IMG/VR virus record: IMGVR_UViG_3300017940_000146
Strand: one strand, 5' to 3'
DNA: 64,000 nucleotides
DNA from: an uncultured virus (IMG/VR IMGVR_UViG_3300017940_000146)
Taxonomy: Duplodnaviria > Heunggongvirae > Uroviricota > Caudoviricetes
In this document: piece after piece, positions 1 through 9,260 of the stretch
Layout of the letters: every line of letters begins with the position of its first letter
Position numbering within the stretch: the stretch's first letter is position 1
The notes under the pieces: generated by a model
Told to the model about the DNA's origin: nothing
What the model saw: only the letters and a program-made list of their open reading frames with translations
Databases searched by the model: none
Translations under genes and position numbers: made by a program

Positions 1-1
1 G

Positions 2-1597
2 GTTGTAGAACAATTAGGTGGTTATTGTGAGGCGGCTTCTTTTAATTGTGTTAATGGAACTTATGAAGATTGGGATTTATGGTTAAGGGTTGTTGAAGCT
101 GGATGGAAAATTGAATCTGTTAATTTACCTTTATTCCATTTTACAAGCCGCGGTCCTTTAGATCGTGATACAAGATATTCTTTAGAACAAGAAGCTACTT
201 GGATTGCACGTATTAAATTACGTCATGAACAAAGAATGAAAGATTTTAATGATAAAATTAATGTTATAGTTTTTTCTAAAGATAGACCAGCACAATTAGA
301 TGCTTTATTAGAAAGTATCAAACAAAATTCTAAAGGAATTCAAAATTTATCTGTTATTTGTAAATATTCAAATGAAGAATTTTTTAAAGGTTATTATCTT
401 GTTGCCACATCTCATCCGAAAGCAAATTTTATTAATCAATCAGAAACGAAATCATTAAAACCTTTATTATTACAGGCTTTAGATCCTTCTAAACCATATA
501 CGATGATGTTAGTTGATGATGATATTTTTTACCGGCAAATGCCATTTATTCCAGAATTAGAAAATAATTCTACATATTCTGTTAGATTGGGTAAAAATTG
601 TACATATTGTTATGCACAAAATAAGGCACAAAATGAAGGTGAATTAGATTTTAATTATTCATTATCTCTTGATGGGAATATTTATAGAACAGAAGATATA
701 CTTCCTAGAATTCAATCTATTGAATTTAATACTCCAAATCAACTTGAAGATAAATTATCACAAACACCACCAATAAAATTGCTTTATGCAAATCATAGTT
801 GTTTAGTTGGAATTCCAAACAATATAGTTCAACATGAATATGAGAATCGTTCAGAAAATGGAGATGTTGAAAAATTAAATAAATTTTTCCTTTCTGGATG
901 GAGGATTAATATTAATGCTATGGATTTTACTTCTGTCCGTGGTGTTCATCAACCCATTTTATATAAATTCCAACCAGCGGAGACAATGGATAAATCTTAT
1001 ATTAAACAATTATTACATTCTTATAAAAATCCAATAGTTGTAGAATTAGGAGCATATAATGGATCAGATACAAAATGGATTTATGATGCTTGTGTTTGCA
1101 CACCAAAATATTTTGCTGTTGAACCAGATCCTAGGCATATTTTTCAATTAATTTGTAATGTTCCTCAAGCTAGAATTATACAAACTGCTATAGCAGATTA
1201 TACTGGTGAAATTGATTTTAATCTTTCAAATAGTGATGATGGGATAAATGACCATTCAAGTTCTATTCTTAAACCTAAAGAACATTTGAAAATGCATCCA
1301 CAAGTAAAATTTGATAAAACAATCAAAGTTCCTTGTATGACTTTAGATGATTTAGTTAAAAAAGAAAATATTGACCATATTAATCTTTTATTTGTAGATA
1401 TCCAAGGAGCAGAAAAAAATCTAATCGAAGGTGGAAAAGAAATTTTGAAAAAGACAGATTGGATTTTTATCGAATCTTATGAAAATGAAATGTATGAAGG
1501 ACAAATACTTAGATCTGAATTATTAAAAATGCTTCCTGATTTTGAAAAGGTGGGAGAATTTACCGATTCTAATATATTGCTACAACGGAAACGATAA
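2..1597 (+). CDS. Multidomain glycosyltransferase (GT2-like C-terminal part plus a second GT-A-like domain) fused to an FkbM-family methyltransferase; 5' truncated by the window
   Basis: Frame 2 is open from base 2 (VVEQLGGY...YEDWDLWLR, a GT2 motif) and runs without a stop into the 236 ORF; FSKDRPAQL..LVDDDIF (DxD-like); C-terminal VELGAYNGSD, VEPDP, VDIQGAE (FkbM). Confidence 0.8.
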   Translation, partial: VVEQLGGYCEAASFNCVNGTYEDWDLWLRVVEAGWKIESVNLPLFHFTSRGPLDRDTRYSLEQEATWIARIKLRHEQRMKDFNDKINVIVFSKDRPAQLDALLESIKQNSKGIQNLSVICKYSNEEFFKGYYLVATSHPKANFINQSETKSLKPLLLQALDPSKPYTMMLVDDDIFYRQMPFIPELENNSTYSVRLGKNCTYCYAQNKAQNEGELDFNYSLSLDGNIYRTEDILPRIQSIEFNTPNQLEDKLSQTPPIKLLYANHSCLVGIPNNIVQHEYENRSENGDVEKLNKFFLSGWRININAMDFTSVRGVHQPILYKFQPAETMDKSYIKQLLHSYKNPIVVELGAYNGSDTKWIYDACVCTPKYFAVEPDPRHIFQLICNVPQARIIQTAIADYTGEIDFNLSNSDDGINDHSSSILKPKEHLKMHPQVKFDKTIKVPCMTLDDLVKKENIDHINLLFVDIQGAEKNLIEGGKEILKKTDWIFIESYENEMYEGQILRSELLKMLPDFEKVGEFTDSNILLQRKR

Positions 1598-1607
1598 ATA
1601 GGAGTAT

Positions 1608-2354
1608 ATGCTAGGTAACCCAGTTTTCAATTTTCATACTATCGAAAAAATTACTAATGCATTTGGATATATTTTTGACGATATTTCTATCCAAAGAATA
1701 GATCCTAAAACAAAAGCAGTTAAAACCATTAAAGTACCTCTAAATCAAGCAGCTAAAGAAAAATGGGGTATTCGTATGGAACAAGATCCAAATGCCGGAA
1801 ATGAACCTTTACAAAAGCATGTAGAAATTGTTTTGCCTAGAATGGCATTTGAATTAACACAAGCACCTCATTTTGATGGAAAAAGAAAATTAAGTTCAAT
1901 TTATTATCGGGTGGCTTCTTCAGGAAATGGACCTTCAGCATTAGTACAATTAAATCCAGTACCAATGTTATTTGATTTTTCATTATATATGCAAGCACGT
2001 ACTTTAAGCGATTCTTATGCTATTTTAGAACAAATTTTACCATTTTTTAAACCAGATTATGTAGTATCTATTGATGATATTCCAGAAATGTGTATTAAAA
2101 GAGATATTATAATAACTTTGATAAATTCTTCTCATAATGATTCTTATGAAGGAAATTTTCAAGATAAACGTATTATTGAATGGCAATTTGATTTCCAAGC
2201 ACAAGGACATATATATCCTCCAATTCGTCAAAAACCTGTTATTACAGATGCTACTGTAAATTTAACAGATACAGGAGCTAGTGTAATTGTTACAGCAAAT
2301 CCAGATACTGGGAATTTGGAAGATCCTTATAATATAGATATTACGGAAGAATAA
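1608..2354 (+). CDS. gp15: Tail sheath stabilizer/completion protein gp15
   Basis: IKVPL..KEKW, LPRMAFE, QILPFFKPDY; upstream of terminase genes as in T4-like synteny. Confidence 0.85.
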   Translation: MLGNPVFNFHTIEKITNAFGYIFDDISIQRIDPKTKAVKTIKVPLNQAAKEKWGIRMEQDPNAGNEPLQKHVEIVLPRMAFELTQAPHFDGKRKLSSIYYRVASSGNGPSALVQLNPVPMLFDFSLYMQARTLSDSYAILEQILPFFKPDYVVSIDDIPEMCIKRDIIITLINSSHNDSYEGNFQDKRIIEWQFDFQAQGHIYPPIRQKPVITDATVNLTDTGASVIVTANPDTGNLEDPYNIDITEE

Positions 2355-2362
2355 ATATTTTT

Positions 2363-2893
2363 ATGGCAAATAGAGGACGGCCACCTAAACAGCCCATTGC
2401 AACCAAAATTACACAGGCATTAAATATGGCACAAGATGAAATAGATGATTTAATGCCATTTGAAGAACAAGAGAAAATTGTACCTGCAATATCTTCACCA
2501 GAAGTTGTTGTAGAACCAGCACCAAGACTTACAAAAGAAGCTTCAGATGATTATGATTTTGCACGAAGTAATTTACATTCATTATTATTAAAAGGAAATG
2601 AAGTTTTAGATGGTATAATGGATGTTGCAAAAGATAATGAACATCCTAGAGCTTTTGAAGTTGCTGGTGTTCTTTTAAAAGTTTTACTTGAAGGAACTAA
2701 TGAATTAATGACACTTCAAAAAGATATTCGGAAAGTTCAACAAAATACTACGAATATGCCTGAAATACTTTCAGAAAAACCAGGAGATAATACATTCATT
2801 TTTGAAGGAACAACAATGGATGCATTGGAATTATTAGAACAGGCTAGAAAGAATAAAGCCGAAAAACTTAAAAGTAAAGAAATAGGAAATTAA
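2363..2893 (+). CDS. gp16: Terminase small subunit gp16
   Basis: DYDFARSNL..HPRAFEV motifs; position after gp15. Confidence 0.85.
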   Translation: MANRGRPPKQPIATKITQALNMAQDEIDDLMPFEEQEKIVPAISSPEVVVEPAPRLTKEASDDYDFARSNLHSLLLKGNEVLDGIMDVAKDNEHPRAFEVAGVLLKVLLEGTNELMTLQKDIRKVQQNTTNMPEILSEKPGDNTFIFEGTTMDALELLEQARKNKAEKLKSKEIGN

Positions 2894-2895
2894 AT

Positions 2896-4416
2896 ATGAA
2901 TCCAAATACGGCAGCATTTCCAACAAATATAGCAACAGATACAACTTTACCAATTGCAAATGATGATGCCTTTTCAAATTTATCTATTGCTTTAACAAGT
3001 TCTTCTGGTACGGCAGCATTTTCAACACCATCAGCATTTATTAATTTACCTTGTTATATTTCTTTAGATAATGAAATTCTTTTAGCTACAGCAACTTCAG
3101 GAACAGGTGGTTTTGTTGTTTCTCGTGGACAACTTGGAACTACACCTGCAACTCATGCACAAAATACAATTGGTTATGGATATCTTTTTAGTCATTTAGC
3201 AAATCAATGGTCGGCCGAAATTAAAGCTATTGAAACTTCTTTAGGAATTAATTTATCTAATGTAATAGGTACATCAGGTACAGCCGGTGGTGATTTATCT
3301 GGTAATTATCCAAATCCTACAGTCGTAACTGTAGGTGGAGCTTCCGCAGGTGATATTGCAACTGCGGCTTCAGAAGCTCATGTACAAAATACAGATACAG
3401 GAACCGATTCAGATACATTTCAAATTGGTATAAATGGCCCATTACTTAATGATGTTGGGGTAGGTTTAGAAGTTAAAGATAAAACAAATTCAACATATCT
3501 TGATTTCCGAGTTAAAAATCTTGTTGTATGGGGTAATTTATCTAGTGGTACTTCAGGTGCTTTGGTTGCTGGTGGTGATTTATCTGGTAATTATCCAAAC
3601 CCAATTTTAGGTTCTGTAGGAACTGCGGGAACTTTTGGAGATAATGGTCATGTGGCTGTAATTACTGTAGATTCAAAGGGTAGAATAATTGCAGCTTCAA
3701 GTGCTGAGATTACAGGTTCTGCTCCTGGTGGAAGTGCTGGTGGAGATTTAACAGGTGATTATCCAAATCCAACATTAATATTAGCTGGCTCAGCAGGTAC
3801 ATATGGAGATACAACACATATCCCAGTATTTGTATCTGATAGTAATGGGCGTGTAGTTTCTGTAACAAATACTTTAGTAACATTTGGTACAGCAGGTGGA
3901 GATTTAACAGGAAATTATCCAAGTCCTTCAGTAGCTACGGTTGGTGGTCAAACTGCGGTTAATATTGCTTCTGCAACTTCAGCCGGAAATCAAGCAACAA
4001 ATATTAATACTCCATCTACTTTAGTTCGGAGAGATACTAATGGAGATTTTGCGGCTAGAAATATAACAGCAAGAATTGTGGCTGGTGGAACCTCTGGAAC
4101 TTATTCACTTGGAGTAGGAGCAGGAACAAGTGGATCAGCAACTATAACTGGTAAAGATGCTGCGGGATTAATTTCTATTACAACAGGATCTTCACCAAAT
4201 ACAGCTTCTCCAATTATTACAGTAATTTTTGGTATTAATTTACCAGCCGCTCCTTCTGCAATCATTTTAGAACCTGGAAATGCTGCGGCGGCCGCTTTAA
4301 CAACTGCTACTCCATTTGTAACTTCTTTAAGTTCTTCTGGATGGGTATTAGAATCAAATTCTGTGGCTCTGGCTGCATTAACTACCTACAATTGGTATTA
4401 TGTAGTTATAGGATAA
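2896..4416 (+). CDS. Gly/Ser/Thr-rich fibre-like or decoration virion protein with four GGDL(S/T)GxYPxP repeats
   Basis: Composition; repeats; VSRGQLGTT..H and TVDSKGRI motifs typical of phage structural proteins; lies in late block. Confidence 0.6.
   Translation: MNPNTAAFPTNIATDTTLPIANDDAFSNLSIALTSSSGTAAFSTPSAFINLPCYISLDNEILLATATSGTGGFVVSRGQLGTTPATHAQNTIGYGYLFSHLANQWSAEIKAIETSLGINLSNVIGTSGTAGGDLSGNYPNPTVVTVGGASAGDIATAASEAHVQNTDTGTDSDTFQIGINGPLLNDVGVGLEVKDKTNSTYLDFRVKNLVVWGNLSSGTSGALVAGGDLSGNYPNPILGSVGTAGTFGDNGHVAVITVDSKGRIIAASSAEITGSAPGGSAGGDLTGDYPNPTLILAGSAGTYGDTTHIPVFVSDSNGRVVSVTNTLVTFGTAGGDLTGNYPSPSVATVGGQTAVNIASATSAGNQATNINTPSTLVRRDTNGDFAARNITARIVAGGTSGTYSLGVGAGTSGSATITGKDAAGLISITTGSSPNTASPIITVIFGINLPAAPSAIILEPGNAAAAALTTATPFVTSLSSSGWVLESNSVALAALTTYNWYYVVIG
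3286..3924 (+). repeat. Four intragenic repeats encoding GGDL(S/T)G(N/D)YP(N/S)P
   Basis: Copies start at 3286, 3571, 3739, 3895; first two are identical over ggtggtgatttatctggtaattatccaaa. Confidence 0.9.
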
Positions 4417-6152
4417 TGAGTACATATTTAGGTAATCCATCTCTTAAAGATACGAATGTTCATGTTAAATGGACACCTCAATTATTTGAAAAATTACAAA
4501 AGTGTGCCGAAGATCCTGTTTTTTTTATTACAAATTATATTCAAGTTGTTACAATTGATGAAGGTGTTACAGATTTTAAATTATGGGATTTCCAGGCCCA
4601 ATTAGTTAAAACAGTCCATGAAGAACGGTTTGTAATTACCGTTATGCCTCGGCAATCAGGCAAATCAACTACATTGGTTGCATATTTTTTACATTACGTA
4701 TTATTTAATAAATATAAAAAAATTGGAATTCTTGCAAATAAGCGAGAAACGGCCATTGAATTATTAGGAAAAATTCAATTAGCATTTGAATTATTACCTA
4801 TGTGGCTTCAACAAGGTGTTAAAGTTTGGAATAAAACTCGTATTGAATTAGAAAATGGATGTATTATTGCAGCTTATGCCACTACGGGCGCATCTGTACG
4901 TGGACAAACTTTTAATGTTATCTTTTTGGATGAGTTTGCTCATATTGATAATAAATTAGCTGATAAATTCTGGACTTCAACTTATCCTGTAATTTCTCAA
5001 GGAACAACTTCTAAAATTATTATTGTTTCAACACCTAATGGAGTAAATCTTTTTCATGATTTATGGGTTAAAGCAAACTTTCCTCATGACCATCCTTTGT
5101 GGAATCATTTTCATGCTCTTGAAGTTCATTATACTGAAGTTCCAGGACATGAAAATCCAGAATGGGCAGAACAAACAATATCAATTATTGGTCAAGAAAG
5201 ATTTGACCAAGAATTTGGATGCGAATTTATTGGATCTGGTGCTACTTTAATTTCAGGACGTTTCTTAAAATTAATAGAAACTTTTCCTCCAAAACATTCA
5301 CAACATTTCTTTGATGTTTGGAAAGACCCTTCATCAACTATAGATGAACCTCATATTTATGTAATTTGTGTAGATACAGCCCGTGGAAAACAATTAGATA
5401 ATTCAGCATTTACAGTCATTGATGTAACAGATTCTCCATATGAAGTAGTAGCTAAATATTGGTCTAATACAATTCCACCAGTATTATTAGCTGATGAAAT
5501 TGTTCCTGTAGCTAAAAGATATAATAATGCTTATATTCTTTTAGAAATGGATGGACCAGGATATCAAGTAGCAGATGATTTACATCATATTCATGAGTAT
5601 GAAAATATTTTAATGGTAGCTACAAAAGGAAGATCTGGCCAAATTTTAGCAACAGGATTTGGAAATGTAGGTAAAAATATTCAACGCGGTGTTAAAATGA
5701 GTACACCAGTACGTAGAACTGGATGCGCCAATTTAAAAACTCTTATTGAAAATAAAAAATTAATTTTTTATGATGCAGATATTAAAGATGAATTGATTTC
5801 ATTTGTTTTAAAAAATGACAAATACCAAGCTGATGAAGGTAAAAAAGATGATTTGGTAATGACACTTGTAGTATTTTCTTGGTTAACAACTCAAAAACAT
5901 TTTAGAGATTTGGTAGAAGCTAAACTTCGTGAGAGTTTACAAGAAGATTATGCACCAAATTTTGAACACGATTTAACACCTTATGGGTGGGTTGATACTG
6001 GAATTGAAGAAGAAGAAGAAATTTTAACTAAAGAATGTGTTTGGAAAAGTGCTCAAAGTGAAATTTGGGATGAATTTTGTAAAAGAGAACAAAGGAAAGC
6101 ATCTATTGATATGGATAGACTTAAAAGATTACAGGAAGTTGGATGGGCTTAA
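4416..6152 (+). CDS. gp17: Terminase large subunit gp17
   Basis: YLGNP start, RQSGKST Walker A, IFLDEFA Walker B, QEFGCEF, DDLVM nuclease motif; ATG overlaps upstream TAA. Confidence 0.97.
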   Translation: MSTYLGNPSLKDTNVHVKWTPQLFEKLQKCAEDPVFFITNYIQVVTIDEGVTDFKLWDFQAQLVKTVHEERFVITVMPRQSGKSTTLVAYFLHYVLFNKYKKIGILANKRETAIELLGKIQLAFELLPMWLQQGVKVWNKTRIELENGCIIAAYATTGASVRGQTFNVIFLDEFAHIDNKLADKFWTSTYPVISQGTTSKIIIVSTPNGVNLFHDLWVKANFPHDHPLWNHFHALEVHYTEVPGHENPEWAEQTISIIGQERFDQEFGCEFIGSGATLISGRFLKLIETFPPKHSQHFFDVWKDPSSTIDEPHIYVICVDTARGKQLDNSAFTVIDVTDSPYEVVAKYWSNTIPPVLLADEIVPVAKRYNNAYILLEMDGPGYQVADDLHHIHEYENILMVATKGRSGQILATGFGNVGKNIQRGVKMSTPVRRTGCANLKTLIENKKLIFYDADIKDELISFVLKNDKYQADEGKKDDLVMTLVVFSWLTTQKHFRDLVEAKLRESLQEDYAPNFEHDLTPYGWVDTGIEEEEEILTKECVWKSAQSEIWDEFCKREQRKASIDMDRLKRLQEVGWA

Positions 6153-6233
6153 AGTCTTGGAAATAATAAATATTTAATGAATTAGAATTAAAACATAATT
6201 GGCAAAAGATTATAAGAATTAAGGAGATACAAG

Positions 6234-8501
6234 ATGGCATTTAATTTATTAAGTCCAGGTGTTCAATTTAGTGAAATTGATGATGATACAACGGTTGTAG
6301 GAACCGCTGAAACTGGTGGTGTTTTGGCTGGTCCTTTTACATGGGGTCCTGCAAATTTAAAAACGCTTGTAGATAGTGAAATTACTTTAAAAAACACTTT
6401 TGGTGAACCTGATAACGATACTTCTGCTACATGGTTTACAGCATCAAGTTTCTTACAATATGGAAATAATTTAAGTGTTGTAAGAGTAATTTCCGCAGAT
6501 GCAAGAAATGCTGCGGTTATTAATGATGGTGTAACATATGTAGAACCTACTGTCCCAGGTGCAGGATATGTTCATGTGCCTACATTACAATTTTCTGGTT
6601 CTTCAGGAGCAGCAGCTACAGTAGTTGTTGCTAATGGAGAAATCGTAGATGTAATAGTTACAAGTTCTGGAGAAGGATTAAGTATTGATTCGCCTCCATC
6701 GATTACAGTTATTCCAACAGGTGGAGATATTATTACTGAAGAAGCGGTTTTAACTCCAGTTGTTGGTTTAAGAATTCAAAATTCAAACGACTATACAACC
6801 AATTTTGCTGCTGGTCAACAAACAGATAGTGGTGAATTTGCTGCCCGATATCCGGGTGATTTAGGAAATGGTATACAATGTTGGATTTGTGATAGTGCAG
6901 AACAATTTGCATTATGGCAATATAAAGGCTTATTCTCTAATCCTCCAGGGACTTCTGCATATACTGCGGCCTTAGGTGGATCAAATGATGAACTTCATTT
7001 AGTATTTGTTGATACTTTAGGAACAATTACAGGAACCCCTGGTGATGTAATTGAATCTTATGCATTTGTTTCTAAAGCTTCAGATGCTCAAGATTCTCAA
7101 GGGAATAGTATCTATTATCCAAATGTTCTTTTCAGTAAATCAAGTTGGGTTTATTGGTTAGATTTTCCGACAACAATTCCATTAAATAATTGGGGATCTA
7201 AAGCTAAGAATACGGTTTTTGATACTCTTTATGTAGCTGGAACGGCTGCTACTTCAACATTAGAAGCTGGTGTTACTGGAATTTTATATACAGCTAGAAA
7301 TGTTGGAAGTGCTGGAAATAATATTACAATTCAATATACAAATCTTGGTACAAATGGAACAAGTGCTAGTGTATCTGTAGTTGGTACAGCTATTAATGTT
7401 ACATTAGGTAATTCAACTTCAGGAACTGCTGGTATTACTACTGCAAACCAAGTTGTAAGTGCAATTAATAATGTTCCTGCCGCGGCAGCATTAGTTATCC
7501 CAATTGTCACAAGTAGTGGAACTGGTGCAGTTTATGCAATAGGTCATACACCATTAACTAGTGGATCAAATGCAATTCAATATGTTACTCTTCTTGAAGG
7601 TGGAAATGATGGAAATAATACTGTAACTGATGGAGAATTAATGTTAGGTTATGATTTATTTAATGTGGATGATTTTTCATTTGGTTTAATTTTGACTGCA
7701 AATTATGATGCAACTGTAGTTGGATATTTGATTACAGAAATTGCAGAAGAAAGACAAGATTGTGTAGTTTGTTTTTCACCTCCTCAAGATGCAGTTGTTT
7801 ATAATGCAGGAAATGAAGCAACAGATATTGTTGCTTATGCAAATACTGTACCATATTCATCTTATGCATTTATGGATGGTAATTGGTCACAGAAATATGA
7901 TAAATATAATGATGTTTATCGGTGGGTTCCAGGAAATGGAGATACAGCCGGATTATGTGTTTATACTGACCAAGTACGTGATCCATGGTTTTCTCCTGCT
8001 GGATTAAATCGTGGTAATTTAAAGGGTGTGGTTTCTCTTGCATGGAATCCAAAACAAGCATATCGTGATGTTTTATATCAAGCAAGTATAAATCCCATAG
8101 TTTCATTTGCAGGTCAAGGACCGGTTCTTTTTGGTGATAAAACATTTGTTTCTAAACCGGGAGCTTTTGATCGTATTAATGTTCGGCGTTTATTCATTTA
8201 TATTGAACAAGCAATATCACAAGCGGCAAAATATACATTATTCGAATTGAATGATGATACTACTCGGACACAATTCCGTGGATTAATTGATCCATTTTTA
8301 CGTGATATTGAAGGTAGACGTGGTTTATATAATTATCTAATTGTTTGTGATGCAACAAATAATACACCACAAATGATTGATGCACACCAATTCGAAGCTG
8401 ATATTTATTTACAACCAGCTAAATCTATTAATTATATTCAATTAAATTTCATTGCTACTCCTACTGGAGTAGATTTCACTGAGATTGTTGGTCAATTCTA
8501 A
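6234..8501 (+). CDS. gp18: Tail sheath protein gp18 with internal insertions
   Basis: LSPGV..EID, FTWGP, PWFSPAG.NRG, FDRINVRRLF. Confidence 0.97.
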   Translation: MAFNLLSPGVQFSEIDDDTTVVGTAETGGVLAGPFTWGPANLKTLVDSEITLKNTFGEPDNDTSATWFTASSFLQYGNNLSVVRVISADARNAAVINDGVTYVEPTVPGAGYVHVPTLQFSGSSGAAATVVVANGEIVDVIVTSSGEGLSIDSPPSITVIPTGGDIITEEAVLTPVVGLRIQNSNDYTTNFAAGQQTDSGEFAARYPGDLGNGIQCWICDSAEQFALWQYKGLFSNPPGTSAYTAALGGSNDELHLVFVDTLGTITGTPGDVIESYAFVSKASDAQDSQGNSIYYPNVLFSKSSWVYWLDFPTTIPLNNWGSKAKNTVFDTLYVAGTAATSTLEAGVTGILYTARNVGSAGNNITIQYTNLGTNGTSASVSVVGTAINVTLGNSTSGTAGITTANQVVSAINNVPAAAALVIPIVTSSGTGAVYAIGHTPLTSGSNAIQYVTLLEGGNDGNNTVTDGELMLGYDLFNVDDFSFGLILTANYDATVVGYLITEIAEERQDCVVCFSPPQDAVVYNAGNEATDIVAYANTVPYSSYAFMDGNWSQKYDKYNDVYRWVPGNGDTAGLCVYTDQVRDPWFSPAGLNRGNLKGVVSLAWNPKQAYRDVLYQASINPIVSFAGQGPVLFGDKTFVSKPGAFDRINVRRLFIYIEQAISQAAKYTLFELNDDTTRTQFRGLIDPFLRDIEGRRGLYNYLIVCDATNNTPQMIDAHQFEADIYLQPAKSINYIQLNFIATPTGVDFTEIVGQF

Positions 8502-8525
8502 GAAAGGTTTTAAGGAGATACTATT

Positions 8526-9110
8526 ATGGCAAGAAGTATTACAGGGTTTCGAGCAGCCTTAACCGGATCTGGTACCAGACCCAATCTATTCCAAATCGTT
8601 TTACAATTTCCTAGTTTAGTTACTGGAGTGGGGGCTGCAAGTGGATTAGTTACACTTTTAGCCCAAACAAGTTCGTTACCAGCGGATAAATTAGGTGAAA
8701 TTGAAGTACCATATATGGGTCGTAAAACTTACTATCCTGGTGATCGTGAATTTGATCCTTGGACAGTAACAATTATGAATGATGAAAACTTCTTAATCAG
8801 AGATGCATTTGAACTTTGGTTAAGTGCATTAAATGCCCATGTTGCTAACATTCGTAGTAATGCAGCGGCTACTCCTGCGGCTTATTGTGTGGATGCTTAT
8901 GTTCAACAATATTCAAAGTTAGATGTTCCTACTATTAAACAATATAAAATGAATGGAGCATTTCCAACTGAAGTAGGTGCAATGGAACTTGATTGGGGAA
9001 CAAACAACACAATTGAAAAGTTCCAATGTACATTTCGGTACCAATGGTGGGATGCTGTATCTGTTAATGGTCCTACAACTGATGGAGATGCTGGTCCTTT
9101 GAACGGATAA
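8526..9110 (+). CDS. gp19: Tail tube protein gp19
   Basis: RPNLF, PGDREFDPWTVT, FPTEVG..ELDW; follows gp18. Confidence 0.95.
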   Translation: MARSITGFRAALTGSGTRPNLFQIVLQFPSLVTGVGAASGLVTLLAQTSSLPADKLGEIEVPYMGRKTYYPGDREFDPWTVTIMNDENFLIRDAFELWLSALNAHVANIRSNAAATPAAYCVDAYVQQYSKLDVPTIKQYKMNGAFPTEVGAMELDWGTNNTIEKFQCTFRYQWWDAVSVNGPTTDGDAGPLNG

Positions 9111-9132
9111 TTAATCCGAATAAATAGATAAA

Positions 9133-9154
9133 GAGGGGAGATTAATCTCCCCTC
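9133..9154. terminator. GC-rich hairpin after gp19
   Basis: gaggggagat-ta-atctcccctc inverted repeat; no U-tract on the + strand. Confidence 0.6.
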
Positions 9155-9167
9155 AAAATAGGATATC

Positions 9168-9260
9168 ATGGCTAAACATCAACACCATTCTGAAGAAACA
9201 AAATTAAAAATGAAAGCCCCTCATAAAAAATATTTAGAAAGTGTGAATCATAATGGCTAA
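9168..9260 (+). pseudogene. 30-codon mini-ORF with a NUMOD3-like motif, probable homing endonuclease remnant
   Basis: MAKHQHHSEETKLKMKAPHKK; HSEETKxKM matches NUMOD3 repeats; AGGA upstream. Confidence 0.55.

Noticed and set aside
4341..4415. Track start of terminase at 4341
   Set aside because: Overlaps the upstream gene; the conserved YLGNP N-terminus begins at ATG 4416
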